A DNA stretch of 64,000 bases from Mobula birostris. Lineage: Eukaryota. A program made the translations under genes and the position numbers. Below, one piece after another: positions 1 to 12,275 of this stretch (positions are counted from its first letter, which is position 1; each line of letters opens with the position of its first letter). Below the pieces are notes generated by a model, which saw only the letters and a program-made list of their open reading frames with translations, did no database searches and had not been told where the DNA came from. Where the stretch lies: assembly GCF_030028105.1 (NCBI RefSeq), contig NC_092381.1, positions 60,352,505 to 60,416,504 on the forward strand, written 5' to 3'.

Positions 1-930
1 GCAGCTCTCTACTCTGTTGTAATATACCTCTGCCAGGATAGTCACCTAGAAAAGAACGCATACGGGTGCAGTCATTGGCCAAAGGTGTCTGCTGAGACAA
101 CACTGCCCCACTTCAACAACCCAGGTGTCCAATTCCACGATGAAGGGAAGGTCTGGCGACCAAAATGGGAGCTGTCTTGATCCGTTGTTTGAGCTCTGTG
201 AAAGCAGCCTCTGCTTCAGTAGTCCAAACAAAAGGGCTCATCGATCTCTCGGTTAGTGCTGTCAGTGGAGTCACTACTGGGCTGAAGCTTCTGATAAACT
301 TTTGAGAAAAGATGACAAATCCCAGGAATTGTTAGTCCTACTTCACACTGGATGGTGGTGGCCAAAATCTTACTAGAGTCTATTTTGAGATTACCATTAT
401 TTATGATGAAGCACAAAAAAAAAAGATTCGTGGTTTTGTGAAATTCAGACTTCTCCAGCTTGATGTAAACTCCATGTTCAAGACACCACCTTCGGATATC
501 TCTGACATGAGCAATATTCTCCTCCATCGACTTCGAGTAAATTGGGATGTCATCCAAGTAGATGAAGGCATACTTATGGAGAGCATCCCAGATCAGGTCA
601 TTTATAAAGGCCTGTAAAACAGCTGGAGAGGACACAAGGCTAAAGGGCATGACCAGATGCTCAGTGTCCTATTGGTATGTTGAATGCCGTCTTCCACTTG
701 TCGGCCTCCTTTATGTAAACCATGTTGTATGCACTCCGCAAGTCTGGCTTCGAGAATACTCGTGCCCATGGAGAATCTTGAAATCAGTGTTCCTGAGTGG
801 AAGAGGGTAACAGTTCAGCCCTCTATAATCAAAGCAAGGCCGCAGACTCCCATTCTTCTTCTGTACCAAGAAAAAGCCAGAGCCAGCTGGAGAGTTAGAG
901 GGCCGAATGAATCCCAGGGCAAGAGCGGCA

Positions 931-3900
931 GGAGCAGGCCACAGCGATGAGGTTTCTCGCAGGTCGCAACGCTTGTTTAAAAGTACAGAAGGGACAAGCT
1001 GGGTGGCCACTGTTGGAGCAGCCATTGTTGGGAGTAGGCTAGTGGTGAGAGTAGGAGTGTTCGGCTTTGTCTCAAAAGAGGCTTTGGCTCGAAAAAGGTG
1101 TTGGTTCTGGGTAAACTCCGTTCGGGTTCCCCCTTTTTTCCTCTCTCTCTTGTTCTACCTAGTGTAGTAAATGTGTTCTTCATGCCGGATGTTGGAGTCC
1201 TGGGAGACCCAGATTCTCCCAGGGAACTACACCTGCAGGAAGAGCATCCGGCTGCAGCTCCTTGAAAACCATGTTAGGGATCTGGAGCAGCAGCTGGATG
1301 ACCTTCCGCTTGTACAGGAGAGTGAGAGACAGTCACTCAGAGTTACAGGGGAGTAGTCACCCCTAATTTGCAGGAGGTGAGCAGCTGGCTGACTGTCAGG
1401 AGAAGGAATGGAAATGTGAATAGACAGTTAGCACAGAGCACCCCTGCAGCCATTCCCTTCGAAAATGTATACTACTTTGGATACTGTTGTGGGAGATGAC
1501 CTTACAGGGGAATGCCATGGAGACTGAGTTACTGGTGCTGAGCATGCCACCATGGTGCAGAAGGGAAAGAGGGAGAAGAGGGGAGCGGTAGTGATGGGGA
1601 ACTCAACAGTCAGGGGAACAGACAGGAGATTCTGTGAACGTGAACAGGACACCCAGATGATATGTTGCCTCCCAGGTGTCAGGGTTAGGGCAATCTTGGA
1701 GCGTGTCCACAACATTTTGGAGAGCGAGGGAGCACAGCCAACAGTCTTGTTACATATAGGTATCAATGACATAGGAAGGAAAAGTGAAGAAGTCCTGAAA
1801 GGAGAATTTAGAAAGCTAGGTATAAAGCTAAGAAGCAGGACCACCTGGTAGTAACTTCTGGATTGCTGCCTGTGCCATGCACCCGTGACAGTAGAAACAG
1901 GATGATTTGGCAAATTAATATGTGGCTGAGAACCTGTGTAGGGGGCAGGGATTCAGGTTCTTGGATCATTGGGATTTCTTCTGGGGTAGGTATGACCTCT
2001 TCAAAAGTGACGGGTTGCACCTGAACCCGAGGGGAACCAATATTCTTGCAGGCGGGTTTGTTAGAAGTCTTGGGGAGGGTTTAAACTAATTTGACAGGGG
2101 GTTGGGAGCCAGAGTGAAGGGACTCAGGATAGGAAGCAAAGATAGCATGCAGTCAGACTGTCAGGAAGGGCAGGCAGATGATAGGACATAATTACAGCCA
2201 GCAGGGTACCAGTGTATTAGGGATGCAGATTCAAAAAGGTTAGCAAATACAGTACTCAAAGTATTATATCAGTGCACCAGCGTATAAAAAATAAGGTGGA
2301 TGATCTTATTGCACTTTTACAGATTGTCAGGTATCATGTTGTGGCCATCACTGAATCATGGCTGAGGCATGGTTGTAGTTGGGAGCTGAATGTCCAAGGT
2401 TACACTTTGTATCGGAGGGATAGAAAGGTCAGCAGAGGGGGTGGCATGGCTCTGCTGGTAAAAGATGGCATCAAATCAGTAGAAAAATATGACAAGGGTT
2501 GGAGATGTTGAATCTTCGTGGGTTGAGTTAGGAAACTGTAAGGGTAAAAGGACCCTGATGGCAGTTATATACAGGCCTGCCAACAGTAGGTGGGATGTAG
2601 ACCACAGATTGCAACATGAAATAGAAAAGGCATGTCAAAAGGGCAAAGGATTGTCATGGGAGATTTCAACATGCTGCTCGATTGGGAAAATCAGGTTGGA
2701 AGTGGATCCCAGGAGGGTGAGTTGACTGAATGCCTACAAGATGGCTTTTTAGAGCAGTTTTTCATTGAGCCTACTAGGGAATCAGCTATACTGGATTGGT
2801 GTTATGAAATGAACTGGAGGTGATTAGGGAGCTGAAGGTAAAAGAACCCTTAGGAGGCAGTCATCATAATATGATTGAGTTTAACTTGAAATTTGATAAG
2901 GAGGAAGTAAAGCCTGATGTAGCAGTATTTAAGTTGAGTAAAGGAAATTACAGTGGTATGAGAGAGATAAATTGGAAGGAGATGCTGGCAAGGATGACAG
3001 CAGAGCAGCAATGGTGTGAGCTACTGGGAAAAATGAGGAAGATGCAGGATAGATGTATTCCAAAAACAAAGAAATGCTCAAATGGCAAAGTAGTACAACC
3101 ATGGCTGAAAGCTCATGGCAAAGGAAAAGAGAGAGCATACAACAAAGCAAAAATTAGTGGGAAGACAGAGGATTGGGATGCTTTTAAATCCCTACTGACA
3201 GCTACAAGGGAATTATTAGGAGGGAAAAGATGAAATATGAAAGAAAACTAGCAAAAAATATTGAAGTAGATAGTAAGAGCTTTTTCAAATATGTAAAAAA
3301 TAAAAGAGAGATGAGTAGGTGTAGGACCACTAGAAAATAATAACAGGGGACATTGAGTATTTTGTATCAGGCTTCACTGTGGAAGACACTAGCAGTGTGC
3401 CAGATGTTGAAGGGTGCCAGATGTTGTTGACCTAAAGGAACATAAGTCACTCAGACCAGATGAACTGCACCCCAGGGTTCTGAAAGATGTAGTGGTAGTG
3501 ATTGTGGAGGCATTAGTAATGATCTTTCAAAAATTGTTAGACTTTGGCATGCTCCCAGAGGACGGGAAAATTGCAAATGTCACTCCACTCTTTAAGGAGG
3601 AAAGCAGCTGAAAGAAATTATAGACCAGTTAGACTGACCCCAGTGGTTGGGAAGATGTTGGAGTCAATTGTTAAGGATGAGGCCATGGAGTACTTGGTGA
3701 CACAGGACATGATAGGACAAAGCCAGCATAGTTTTCTTAAAAGAAAATCCTGCCTGACGAACCTCTTGGAATTCTTTGAGGAGATTACAAGTAGGATAGA
3801 TAAAGGGGATGTAGTTGATGTCGTGTATTTGGACTTTCAGAAAGCCTTTGAGAAGGTACCACACATGAGGCTGCTTACCAAGTTAAGTGCTCTTGGTGTT

Positions 3901-5012
3901 ACAGGAAAGTTACTAACATGGTTAGAGCAAAGGCTGATTGGTAGGAAGCAGTGAGTGTGAATAAAAGGATCCTTGTCTGCCAAAGACTAGTGGTGTTCTG
4001 CAGGGGTCAGTGTTGGGACACTTCTTTTTATGCTGTATACCTATGATTTAGATGGTGGAATAGAACAACTTTGTTGCCAAGTTTGCACATGATATGAAGA
4101 TTGGTGGAGTGACAGCTAGTGTTGAGGAAACTGGTAGGAACCAGAAGGACTTAGACAGATTAGGAGAATGGGTAAAAGAGTGGCAAATGAAATACAGTAT
4201 TGGAAAATGCATGGCCATTCACTTTGCTAGTAGATATAAATGTGTAGACTATTTTCTAAACAGGGAGAAAATCCAAAAATTTGAGATGCAGAGGGACTTG
4301 GGAGTCCTTGTGCAGAACACCCTGAAGGTTAACTTGCAAGTAGAATCTGTAGTGAGGAAGGCAAATACAATGTGAGCAATCATTTCAAGTGGTCTAAAAT
4401 ACAAGAACAGGGGTGTAATATTGAGGCTTTATAAGGCACTGGTGAGGCCTCACCTTGAGTATTGTGAACAGCTTTGGGCTTCTCATCTAAGAAAAGATGG
4501 TGCTGGTATTGGAGAGGTTTCAGAGGAGGTTCACAAAAATGGTTCTAGGAATGAAAGGGTTATCATACGAGGAATGTTTGACAGCTCTGGGTCTGTACTC
4601 GCTGGAATTTAGAAGGATGAGGCGGGATCTCATTGAAACCTTTTGAATGTTGAAAGGCCTAGACAGAGTAGATATGGAAAGGATGTTGCCCATGGTGGGA
4701 GAGTCTAGGACAAGAGGGCACAGCCTTAAGACAAAGGGGTGTTCATTTAAAACAGAAATGTGGCGAAATTTCTCTAGCCAGAGGGTGGTAAATTTGTGGA
4801 ATTTATTGCCACAGGCAGTTGTGGAGGTTAGGCTGTTGGGAGTATTTAAGGCAGTGCTTGATAGGCTCTTGATTGGACACGGCATCAAAAGTTATGGGGA
4901 GAAGGCCGGGGAGTGGGGCTGAGCAGGGGAGAAAATGATCGGCCATGATTAAATGGCGGAGCAGACTCAATGGACCAAATGGCCTATTCCTGCTGCTATG
5001 TCTTATGGTCTT
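931..5012 (+). mobile_element. Near full-length CR1 LINE (5'UTR, ORF1 zinc finger/leucine zipper/SGNH esterase, ORF2 endonuclease-RT, 3' tail), decayed
   Basis: ORF1 CSSC...LEQQLDDL, VVMGNS, HIGIND, DGLH. ORF2 AITESW, MGDFN, NYRPV, YLDFQKAFEKVPH, RPHLEYC. Tail cttatggtctta. It splits Gypsy pol between EEYI and AALALG. Confidence 0.93.
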
Positions 5013-5965
5013 AATATACTCCTCTACAGAGCTTCTCTCCAGGCCTGAGAGCATGTATAATTGACCCCGCGGAGGACATGTACCTGGCTGTAGATCTATT
5101 GCTCAGTTATAGGCCCCTTCCAAATCCTTGTAGATGGAAGGGATTTCTACCCACTCAGGTGCTGCAATTACCCCCAAACCTTCCTCTGAGGATGACTTCT
5201 GAGACTCTCCTGATGGCGGGGGTGCTTCGGCAGATCCCAGATTCTCCCCCATAGGTCCACAAGAGTCTAGTGAAAACAGAAGTCAATCACAATCGAAATC
5301 CTCATCCATCTCCTCAGACATCAGCAGTGAGGTACGCCAAAAGGTCCTTTTGTTCTTGGGAATAGTTTTTCAAGGATCTTCAATTTGGAGCCTTGCCCCT
5401 TGTTAACTGGAGGCCATTGGCTTAGCTGCTAGAGTTCCATGGTGCTTGGGCACCTCCCTCGTTTGCTCCTGAGCTAGTGATCTTGTTGTAGCGCATGCTT
5501 GACTGTAATGGATCAGGACTCGCACAGGCCTATTCACCTGAGCCGGCTTGTCTTCCCTGGAAGGTAGGACTGGGTTTTCTGAAGGCTCCAGGTTACTCTG
5601 AGCAGAAGTCATTGGCTGTTGGTCTTGGGAGAGTCTGGGGGTTGAAAACAATCCCTCTTTCAATGGTTGGACCAGGTAGAAATTCTCCCCTCCCTCCAGT
5701 CCTTGGATGGGTTATATTGGAATAGCCAAAGGCACCCAAGGATCAGGGGTATGAATGGAGAGTCAATAATGTAGGAACTAATGTCTTCCACTTGACCCTC
5801 TATCCTCATCTGCAATTCCACAGTCTGTTGCAGGATCTGCCTGCTACCTAGTGGGCAGCTATCCAAGACAGTTGCGAGCAAGGACTGACTAAACTTTCAC
5901 AGTGGTATGTCAAACCAGCGAGTAGTTCCTCTATCCAGAAAATTACCCACTGCTCCGGAGTCCAC

Positions 5966-6027
5966 AGAGTCGGAGCAGACTCGATGGGCTGAATGGCCTA
6001 CTTCTGCTCCTATATCTTATGGTCTTA
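5966..6027 (+). mobile_element. Extremely 5'-truncated CR1 3' tail inserted in the Gypsy protease motif
   Basis: cggagcagactcgatgggctgaatggcctacttctgctcctatatcttatggtctta matches the CR1 end at 4957-5012. Confidence 0.85.
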
Positions 6028-7076
6028 TAAGCCTTGACCCGCCTCAAGTTCTGACCCCAGGTAAACTGTGCCTTTAGCACAAAACCAGAATCCGTGGAGT
6101 TGGGTGTAATGGCTGCTACCATCACAGCCCTTGCAGTATTTGACAGACTTAGCAGTTCCCCAGGTGGCTGCAGCTTCGAACATTTGGCCTGTAGGTGACC
6201 TGCTTCCCCACAGTAAAAGCAGCAACCTTGATTCCGGCACGGGGACCTCTCATCGACAGAGTCTAGTGCAACCAACCTGCATGGGTTCAACAGGATCTTT
6301 ACGGGCTGGTCGTGGTCCAAGGTTGGAGAGTGGATCAATGATGCATTGAGTTTGGGCTTGGGCTAGCCCTCCTTGACCTCATGATGTAGTCCCACTTACG
6401 CTTTGCCAGAGAGATCGAGACAAATGGACCGGTCGATGAAACCTTCTAATTTCTCTGCTGGCTCTCCCAAGGTGAGGGCATCTTTCAGTTTCTCAGAGCC
6501 TGTGGCAGTATTACATTTCTAAGGCCTCCCCATTCCAACCACTCACCTGGGCCAAGGTCTGAAATTTGATCGTATAGTTGGCCTCTGTCCATCCCCCCTG
6601 TCAAACCTTCATCAGGCAGTCCGAAGTGCAACCGGTTCCGACAGGGTGATGAAGCACCTCCCTCATGACGTCCATGAATTTCTCTGAGTGCGAGAAAATC
6701 TTCAACCTGCATTCCCAATGCACGGTGGCCCAGGCCAGGGCTCCCAGTCAGAAGAGAAATAATGAAGGCCACGACTCGGTGCACTGAAGGGAGTCGGGAC
6801 GGCTGGAGCTCAAACACTAACAAGCACTGGATGAGGAAGCTGCAGCAAGAACCGAGGTCACTGTCAAATCTCTCTGGGGCTGGAAGATGTCCTGGCTCGG
6901 CAGTGGTACCGACTGGTTCTCCCAGGTGACTCTGGCTTCCTCCTTGCAAAAGTTGACCTATGGCTACCTGGAGGTCATGTATCTCCAGGCTCTGATGGGA
7001 AGTATTTTCATTGTGGCTGGTCTCAGCAGATGAAAGACTCTGATACCCAGCTGGGTCCATGCTGGTTCAGTCGTAC

Positions 7077-7398
7077 TATGATGAGAGTTCTTGACGAGAA
7101 TGACTTGGACCTAAGTGCTGGAGTATCCAGGGCTAGGATCAAGACACGGTTTCAAACTGAATCGAGAACCTGAGCACAAAACAAACACTAGACAAAATCA
7201 TGAGTAGGTTTACAATTATACACTGAACCCTAGTTCAGGAGTTCCTTAAATGCTCAATCGTTAACCCCCAAGACGTGACTACCAATTTGCAGGAATGGCC
7301 TGAACCTTTAAAGGGCCGAGTCAGCTATCCATTCTCCGGGGAGTTAGAGCATTTGAATCTCGGAAGCTGGTGTGCGTGGATGGGTGGGTTTCATAACA
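7077..7398 (-). repeat. 5' LTR of the Gypsy element
   Basis: Begins TGTTATGA, ends TCATCATA (degenerate inverted termini), followed by GTACGACTGAACCAGC and the gag ATG. Confidence 0.7.
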
Positions 7399-7439
7399 TT
7401 CTGAAACTTTTAGAAGATTTGATTCGTGATTTTCGATAT

Positions 7440-7790
7440 GTTAAGGAGATGCTATTACCATTTTGGATTATTTCCAGGGAGGCGAGTGGGTGCAGGGATG
7501 TGTGGGGAGAAAGAATACTTCAAAAAATAAGAGCCACACCCTTTGGAGAGAGACGCCGGGAAGCATTTTGACATGCATGGATTGTGGAATTTAAGAACTC
7601 TTTTGGAAGTGGCAGTTAAAGTTTCATCATATGTTAATTTTAAATTGATAGATTTTTATTAAGCAAACATACTAAGAGTTATTGAGCAAAAGCACATGGA
7701 ATTAGGTTGCAGCTCTCGTTGAATATCATAACAGAAATAAGAAGTTAAATGACCTACACGTGTTCTTACACTCCATATGAATTGATAGTA
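7440..7790 (+). mobile_element. Old, highly diverged CR1 3' fragment
   Basis: Weak resemblance to the CR1 ORF2 end and 3'UTR seen elsewhere in the window. Confidence 0.4.
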
Positions 7791-9164
7791 CAGAACTGGG
7801 TATACTCCTCTCCACCAGAAATAATTCACTTGCCTCTGCATCCCAGTGATTTATAGATTCTTCAACCATAAATACTCTTATCAGCTTGCGGCTGTTTTCA
7901 TTGTGTGGGTTTAAGTACAGATCACTAATGAGTAAATCTGACACCAAGGCATTCGCTTCGTGAATATTGAAATGACTGTGTGTGGTAGAACTGATCATCA
8001 GTTTTAATTCAAATTATGTATGTAGCAAGTATTCCACAAAGATTTATGGTTGGGAAATGTCACATATGAGTTAGGCAGTATAATCATAACTTATTTTGCT
8101 ATCGAAAACTTTTAATTAGCAGACAATTCCTTTCAATTCTGGATCCAGTTGTAATAGGGAAACAAAATATCTCCTCCTTAGAACAGCACCACGTCTGGGT
8201 GACGGGGTGAAAGCTGCTCCAATTAATGCAGCACGTACTCCATCAGATGACTCATTTGAGTTTAATAAGTTAAGTATATTTCAACAAACTATGGAGATTG
8301 CTTCTTGCAGATGGTTCTGTGTGGGGTTTAAAACTTGTGCCAATTTATTAAGTGACAAGAGAGTGCCAGTGAAATTTTATTTTTAGCACCATCTGCCCAC
8401 ACTGGACTGTGTGAAATTTACTGCGAGCTTCAAATTAGCACAATGGCATTTTTTCATTGCCAACTGACAATGCCTCCTCTAAAATACAAACATTGGAAGA
8501 TTAAATGTTGGAGGAGAAAAAAATTGCAAACAGCAGAAATAAAGAAAAACATTATTGATTGGACACTTTTATTCATCAAAGTACAGAGTGTAGGAAATTA
8601 AAATTTCCTTTCTGGACACTACAAAAATAAGTTGGAAATGTGGTTCATTCCAGCAACTGTACAATGAGTTATTTGGCTTATAAGGTTTCTAGGCAATTAA
8701 ACAGGCCTTCATCTAAGTTTGCAGAGTTAGACCTTGATACTAAAGTGGAGACAAAGTAAATTGTGAGGCCAACAATGGCAAGGAATTGAGGACAACTGGT
8801 AAGTGAAAACCTGATCATTGGCAGAGGCACTAGTTGTAAATGGAAAAGAAAACAAGGAATGAAGGGGCAGAGAAACCAGCAGGAAATTGAGGGGTTGCTT
8901 ATGTAGACATTTGCTGTGACTAAAACCAGGTGTGGGCTGCAGTGGGTGGGGAAACATTGGCTGCAGTCAGAAATGGGTGGGGTGGAACAGAAATTGCTTA
9001 TGCCTGTTAAAAGAGCTCAGTTTAGAGAAAGAAAGACACCATGAACAAGATTTTGTCACATTCAGCCATTCAGCACCAAACAGGCCTTCTAATCCTCCAT
9101 GCCCATGCTAGCCATTAACTATCACTGTATACCAATCCCATTTTCTAGCACTCAGGCTGTAGAG

Positions 9165-11113
9165 CAGAGAATGTAGGAACAGGAACAGGCCCTTCGGCCC
9201 ACAACATTATGCTAAACCGATTAAATTAGTAATCAAATGGCCTAGTAAACTAATCTCATCTGCCTACACAATGTTCATATCTTTCCATTGGCCTCACAAG
9301 CATGTGCTTATCTTAAAAAATCCGTAATATCTGCCTCTACCAGCACCCCAGGCAGTGCTTTCCAGGCACCCACCACTCTGTGTAATAAACTTGCCTCTCA
9401 CGTCTCCTTTGAAATTGCCCTCTCTCACCTTAAATGCATGCCCTCTGGAATTAGACATTTCAACACTGGGGTAAAAAAGATACCGTCTGTCTACTTTATC
9501 TATGCCTCTCATGTTATGTAAATCTCTTTCAGATTTCCCCTCAGCCTCTGCTAGTACAGAGACAAAAATAAATGAATTTGTCCAACCTTTCAGTATAGCA
9601 CATGCCCTCTGATCCAGACAACGTCCTGGTAAACCTCTTCTGCACTCTTTCCAAAGCCTCAAAATCCTTCCTACAATGGGGTGACCAGAACTGTGTTCCA
9701 TACTCCAGATACAGTCTAACGAGAGTTTTATAGAACTGCAACATGACTTCCTTCCATGAATGACTATCTCAAACATCTTATTAAAGTACATGTAGACAGC
9801 ATCCACAACTGTACCTTCATCAATCACCCTCGTCACGTCATCAAAAAACTCAATCAAGTTAGTAGGATACGACTTGTCCTGCACAAAGCCATGCTGGCCC
9901 TCCCTAATTAGGCCATGGTTCCAAATGCTCATAAATCCTATCTCTACGAATATCCTGCAGTAACTTCTCTACTACTGGTCTGAGACTACCGGTCTGTAGT
10001 TTATCCCTGGTTTCCTTCTTGAAAAATAGGAAAACATTAGCTACTTACCAGTCCTCCAGGAGCTTGCATGTGGCTCAAGAGGGGCACGAAGATATTGGGC
10101 AAGGCCCCAGAAATCTTATCTCTTGCCTTTCTCAATAACATTGGGTAAATCCCATCAGATCCCATGGACTTATCCACCTTAATGCTCTTTAAAAGGCCCA
10201 GCACTACCTTCTCCTTTATATTGAAATGTCCTAGCATATCATTACACACTACCTTCTCAACGGTAAATACTGATGTAAAGTACTCATTCAAGACCTCATC
10301 CACATCCAAGCAAAAGTCCCCCCCACCTATGCTTGAGTGGTCCTACCCTCACCCTAGTTATCCTCCTGCTCTTGATATAGAATGCCTTGAGATTCTCTTT
10401 AATCCTACTTGCCAAGGACTTTTCATAGCCCCTCCTGGCTTTCTTAATTCCCTTTCTGAGCTGTTTTCTAGCTTCTTTATAATCTTCAAGGGATCTGTTT
10501 GATTCTAGCTTCCAAAACTTTATATACTTTCCCTTTTCCATCTTGACTAAATTCATCACCTCTCTCAAAATCCAATATTCCCTCACCTTGTCATCTTTAT
10601 CCTTCCCTCTGACTGGAACATACCTGTCCTGTACTCTGTGCAGTTGGTCTTTAAATATCCTCCACATGCCCGTCGTGGACTTGCCCAAAAAAAATCCATT
10701 TCCAAGTAAATATCTCTAGTTCCTGCCTACTGCTCTTGTAATTTGCCCTGCTCCAATTTAATACTCTCCTGCAAGGTCCATAGTTAACCTCATCTATAGC
10801 TAACTTAAAGCTTAAAGACGTCACTATTCCCACTGAGGTCGGTTACCTGGCCAGGATCATTTCTGAACACCAGGTCCAGCACAGCTCTCCCTCTTGTTGG
10901 ACTATCTACATATTGATTTAAGAAACCCTCTTGGATGCACCTGATAAATTCTGCTCCATCTGAACTTCTTGCACTAAGAAGGTCCCAGTTTATATTATGG
11001 AAGTTGAAGTGCCCCATGCCAACAGCTGAATCGTTTTTACAACTTTCTTTAATCAGCCTGCATGTCTGTTCCTCAATGTCCCAGTGGCTACTGGGCTGTA
11101 GCCTATAATGCAA
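9165..11113 (-). mobile_element. CR1 LINE ORF2 with internal deletions and 3' tail
   Basis: ORF fragments MGHFNF, LNQYVDSPTRGRAVLDLV, QHGFVQDKSYPTNLIEFF, LERVQKRFTR. Confidence 0.88.
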
Positions 11114-11449
11114 TGGCGACTCATGCTTGCCTAGATGCTTGTTAAATCATGAGTCTTTGCTTTCAGCACCCAGTATGTCCAGATTCCAACCACCCTCTGG
11201 GTGGAAGGGAAAAAAACATTCCTCTAATCCCTTTAAACTTCTTACCACTTATATCAACCCTCTGGCCTCTGGCTTCAGATATCTCCTTTATGGAGAGAAG
11301 TTATACATGATTTACATTATCTATGCCCCTCATAATTTCGTATATCTCCATCAGGTTCCTCTTTCAGCCTCCTCCACTTCAAGCAAAACAAACCCAGTGT
11401 ATCCATTTTCTCCTCATAGCTGAAATGTTCCATCCCAAGGAAATCCTAT

Positions 11450-12275
11450 GTTGAGTCTGCAGTAAAGAAGGCAAATGCAATGTTGGCATTTATTTCAAGG
11501 GGAATAGAATATGAAAGCAAGGAGATAATGTTGAGCCTTTATAAGACACTAGTCAGGTAGCAACTAGAGTATTGTTAACAGTTTTGGGCCCCGTATCTCA
11601 GAAAGGATGTGTTGTCATTGGAGAGAGTTCAGAGGAGATTCATTAGGATGATTTTGGGAATGAAGGGGTTAATATATGAGAAGCGTTTGGCAGCTTTGGG
11701 CCTGTACTCACTGGAATTTAGAAGGATAAGGGAGGATCTCATTGAAACCAACCAAATGTTGAAAGGACTAGATAAGGTGGATACAGAGAGGATGTTTCCT
11801 ATGGTGGGGGTATCCAGAACTTAAGGGCACATCCTCAAAGTTGAGGGGTGACCCTTTAGGAGAAAGGAAAGGAAGAATTTTTTTAGCCAAAGAGTAGTGA
11901 ATCTGTGGAATGCTCTGCCACTGACTGCAGTGGAGGCCAAGTCTGTGCGTATATTTAACGTGGCAGTTACTCATTTCGTAATTGGTCAGGGCTTCAAAGG
12001 ATATGGTGCAAACATGAGAAAATCTGCAGATGCTGGAATTTCAAGCAACACGCACAAAATTGCTGGTGGAACGCAGCAGGCCAAGCAGCATCAATAGGAA
12101 GAAGTACAGTCGATGTTTCGGGTCGAGACCCTTTGTAAGGACTGGTGAGAAGGATATGATGAGAAGGCAAGTGTATGAAGTTGAGTGGGATCCAGGACCA
12201 GCCAGAGTGGAATGGCGGAGCTAACTCGATGGGCTGGTGGGCCTAGTTCTGCTCCTATGTCTTATGGTCTTATGG
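11450..12275 (+). mobile_element. CR1 3' fragment inserted in an older minus-strand CR1 remnant (about 11150-12545)
   Basis: LERVQRRFIRMILGMKGL, NLWNALP and tail cttatggtcttatgg. Confidence 0.85.
12009..12149 (-). mobile_element. Short Penelope-like terminal fragment with degenerate hammerhead motif and 12-bp TSD
   Basis: Flanked by aaggatatggtg (11997-12008) and aaggatatgatg (12150-12161). Homologous to 25690-25810, 28424-28530 and 42150-42280. Confidence 0.8.

Larger units (their letters stand above)
1..7398 (-). mobile_element. Ty3/Gypsy LTR retrotransposon (sushi/Tf1 group), decayed, interrupted by two CR1 insertions, continues beyond the window start
   Basis: gag MDPAG...PAPERFDSD (from 7060), zinc knuckle CFYCGEAGHLQAKC, protease VDSGAVGNF (about 5939-5965), RT PPRGQLY...[13 protein letters not shown]...YLDDIPIYS, RNase H PFIVELD. 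Many frameshifts. Confidence 0.92.

Noticed and set aside
6485-7060. Gag ORF as a domesticated PEG10/RTL1-like gene
   Set aside because: It is frameshifted after LLTG, still attached to the LTR and a broken pol, and so is an ordinary decayed retrotransposon.
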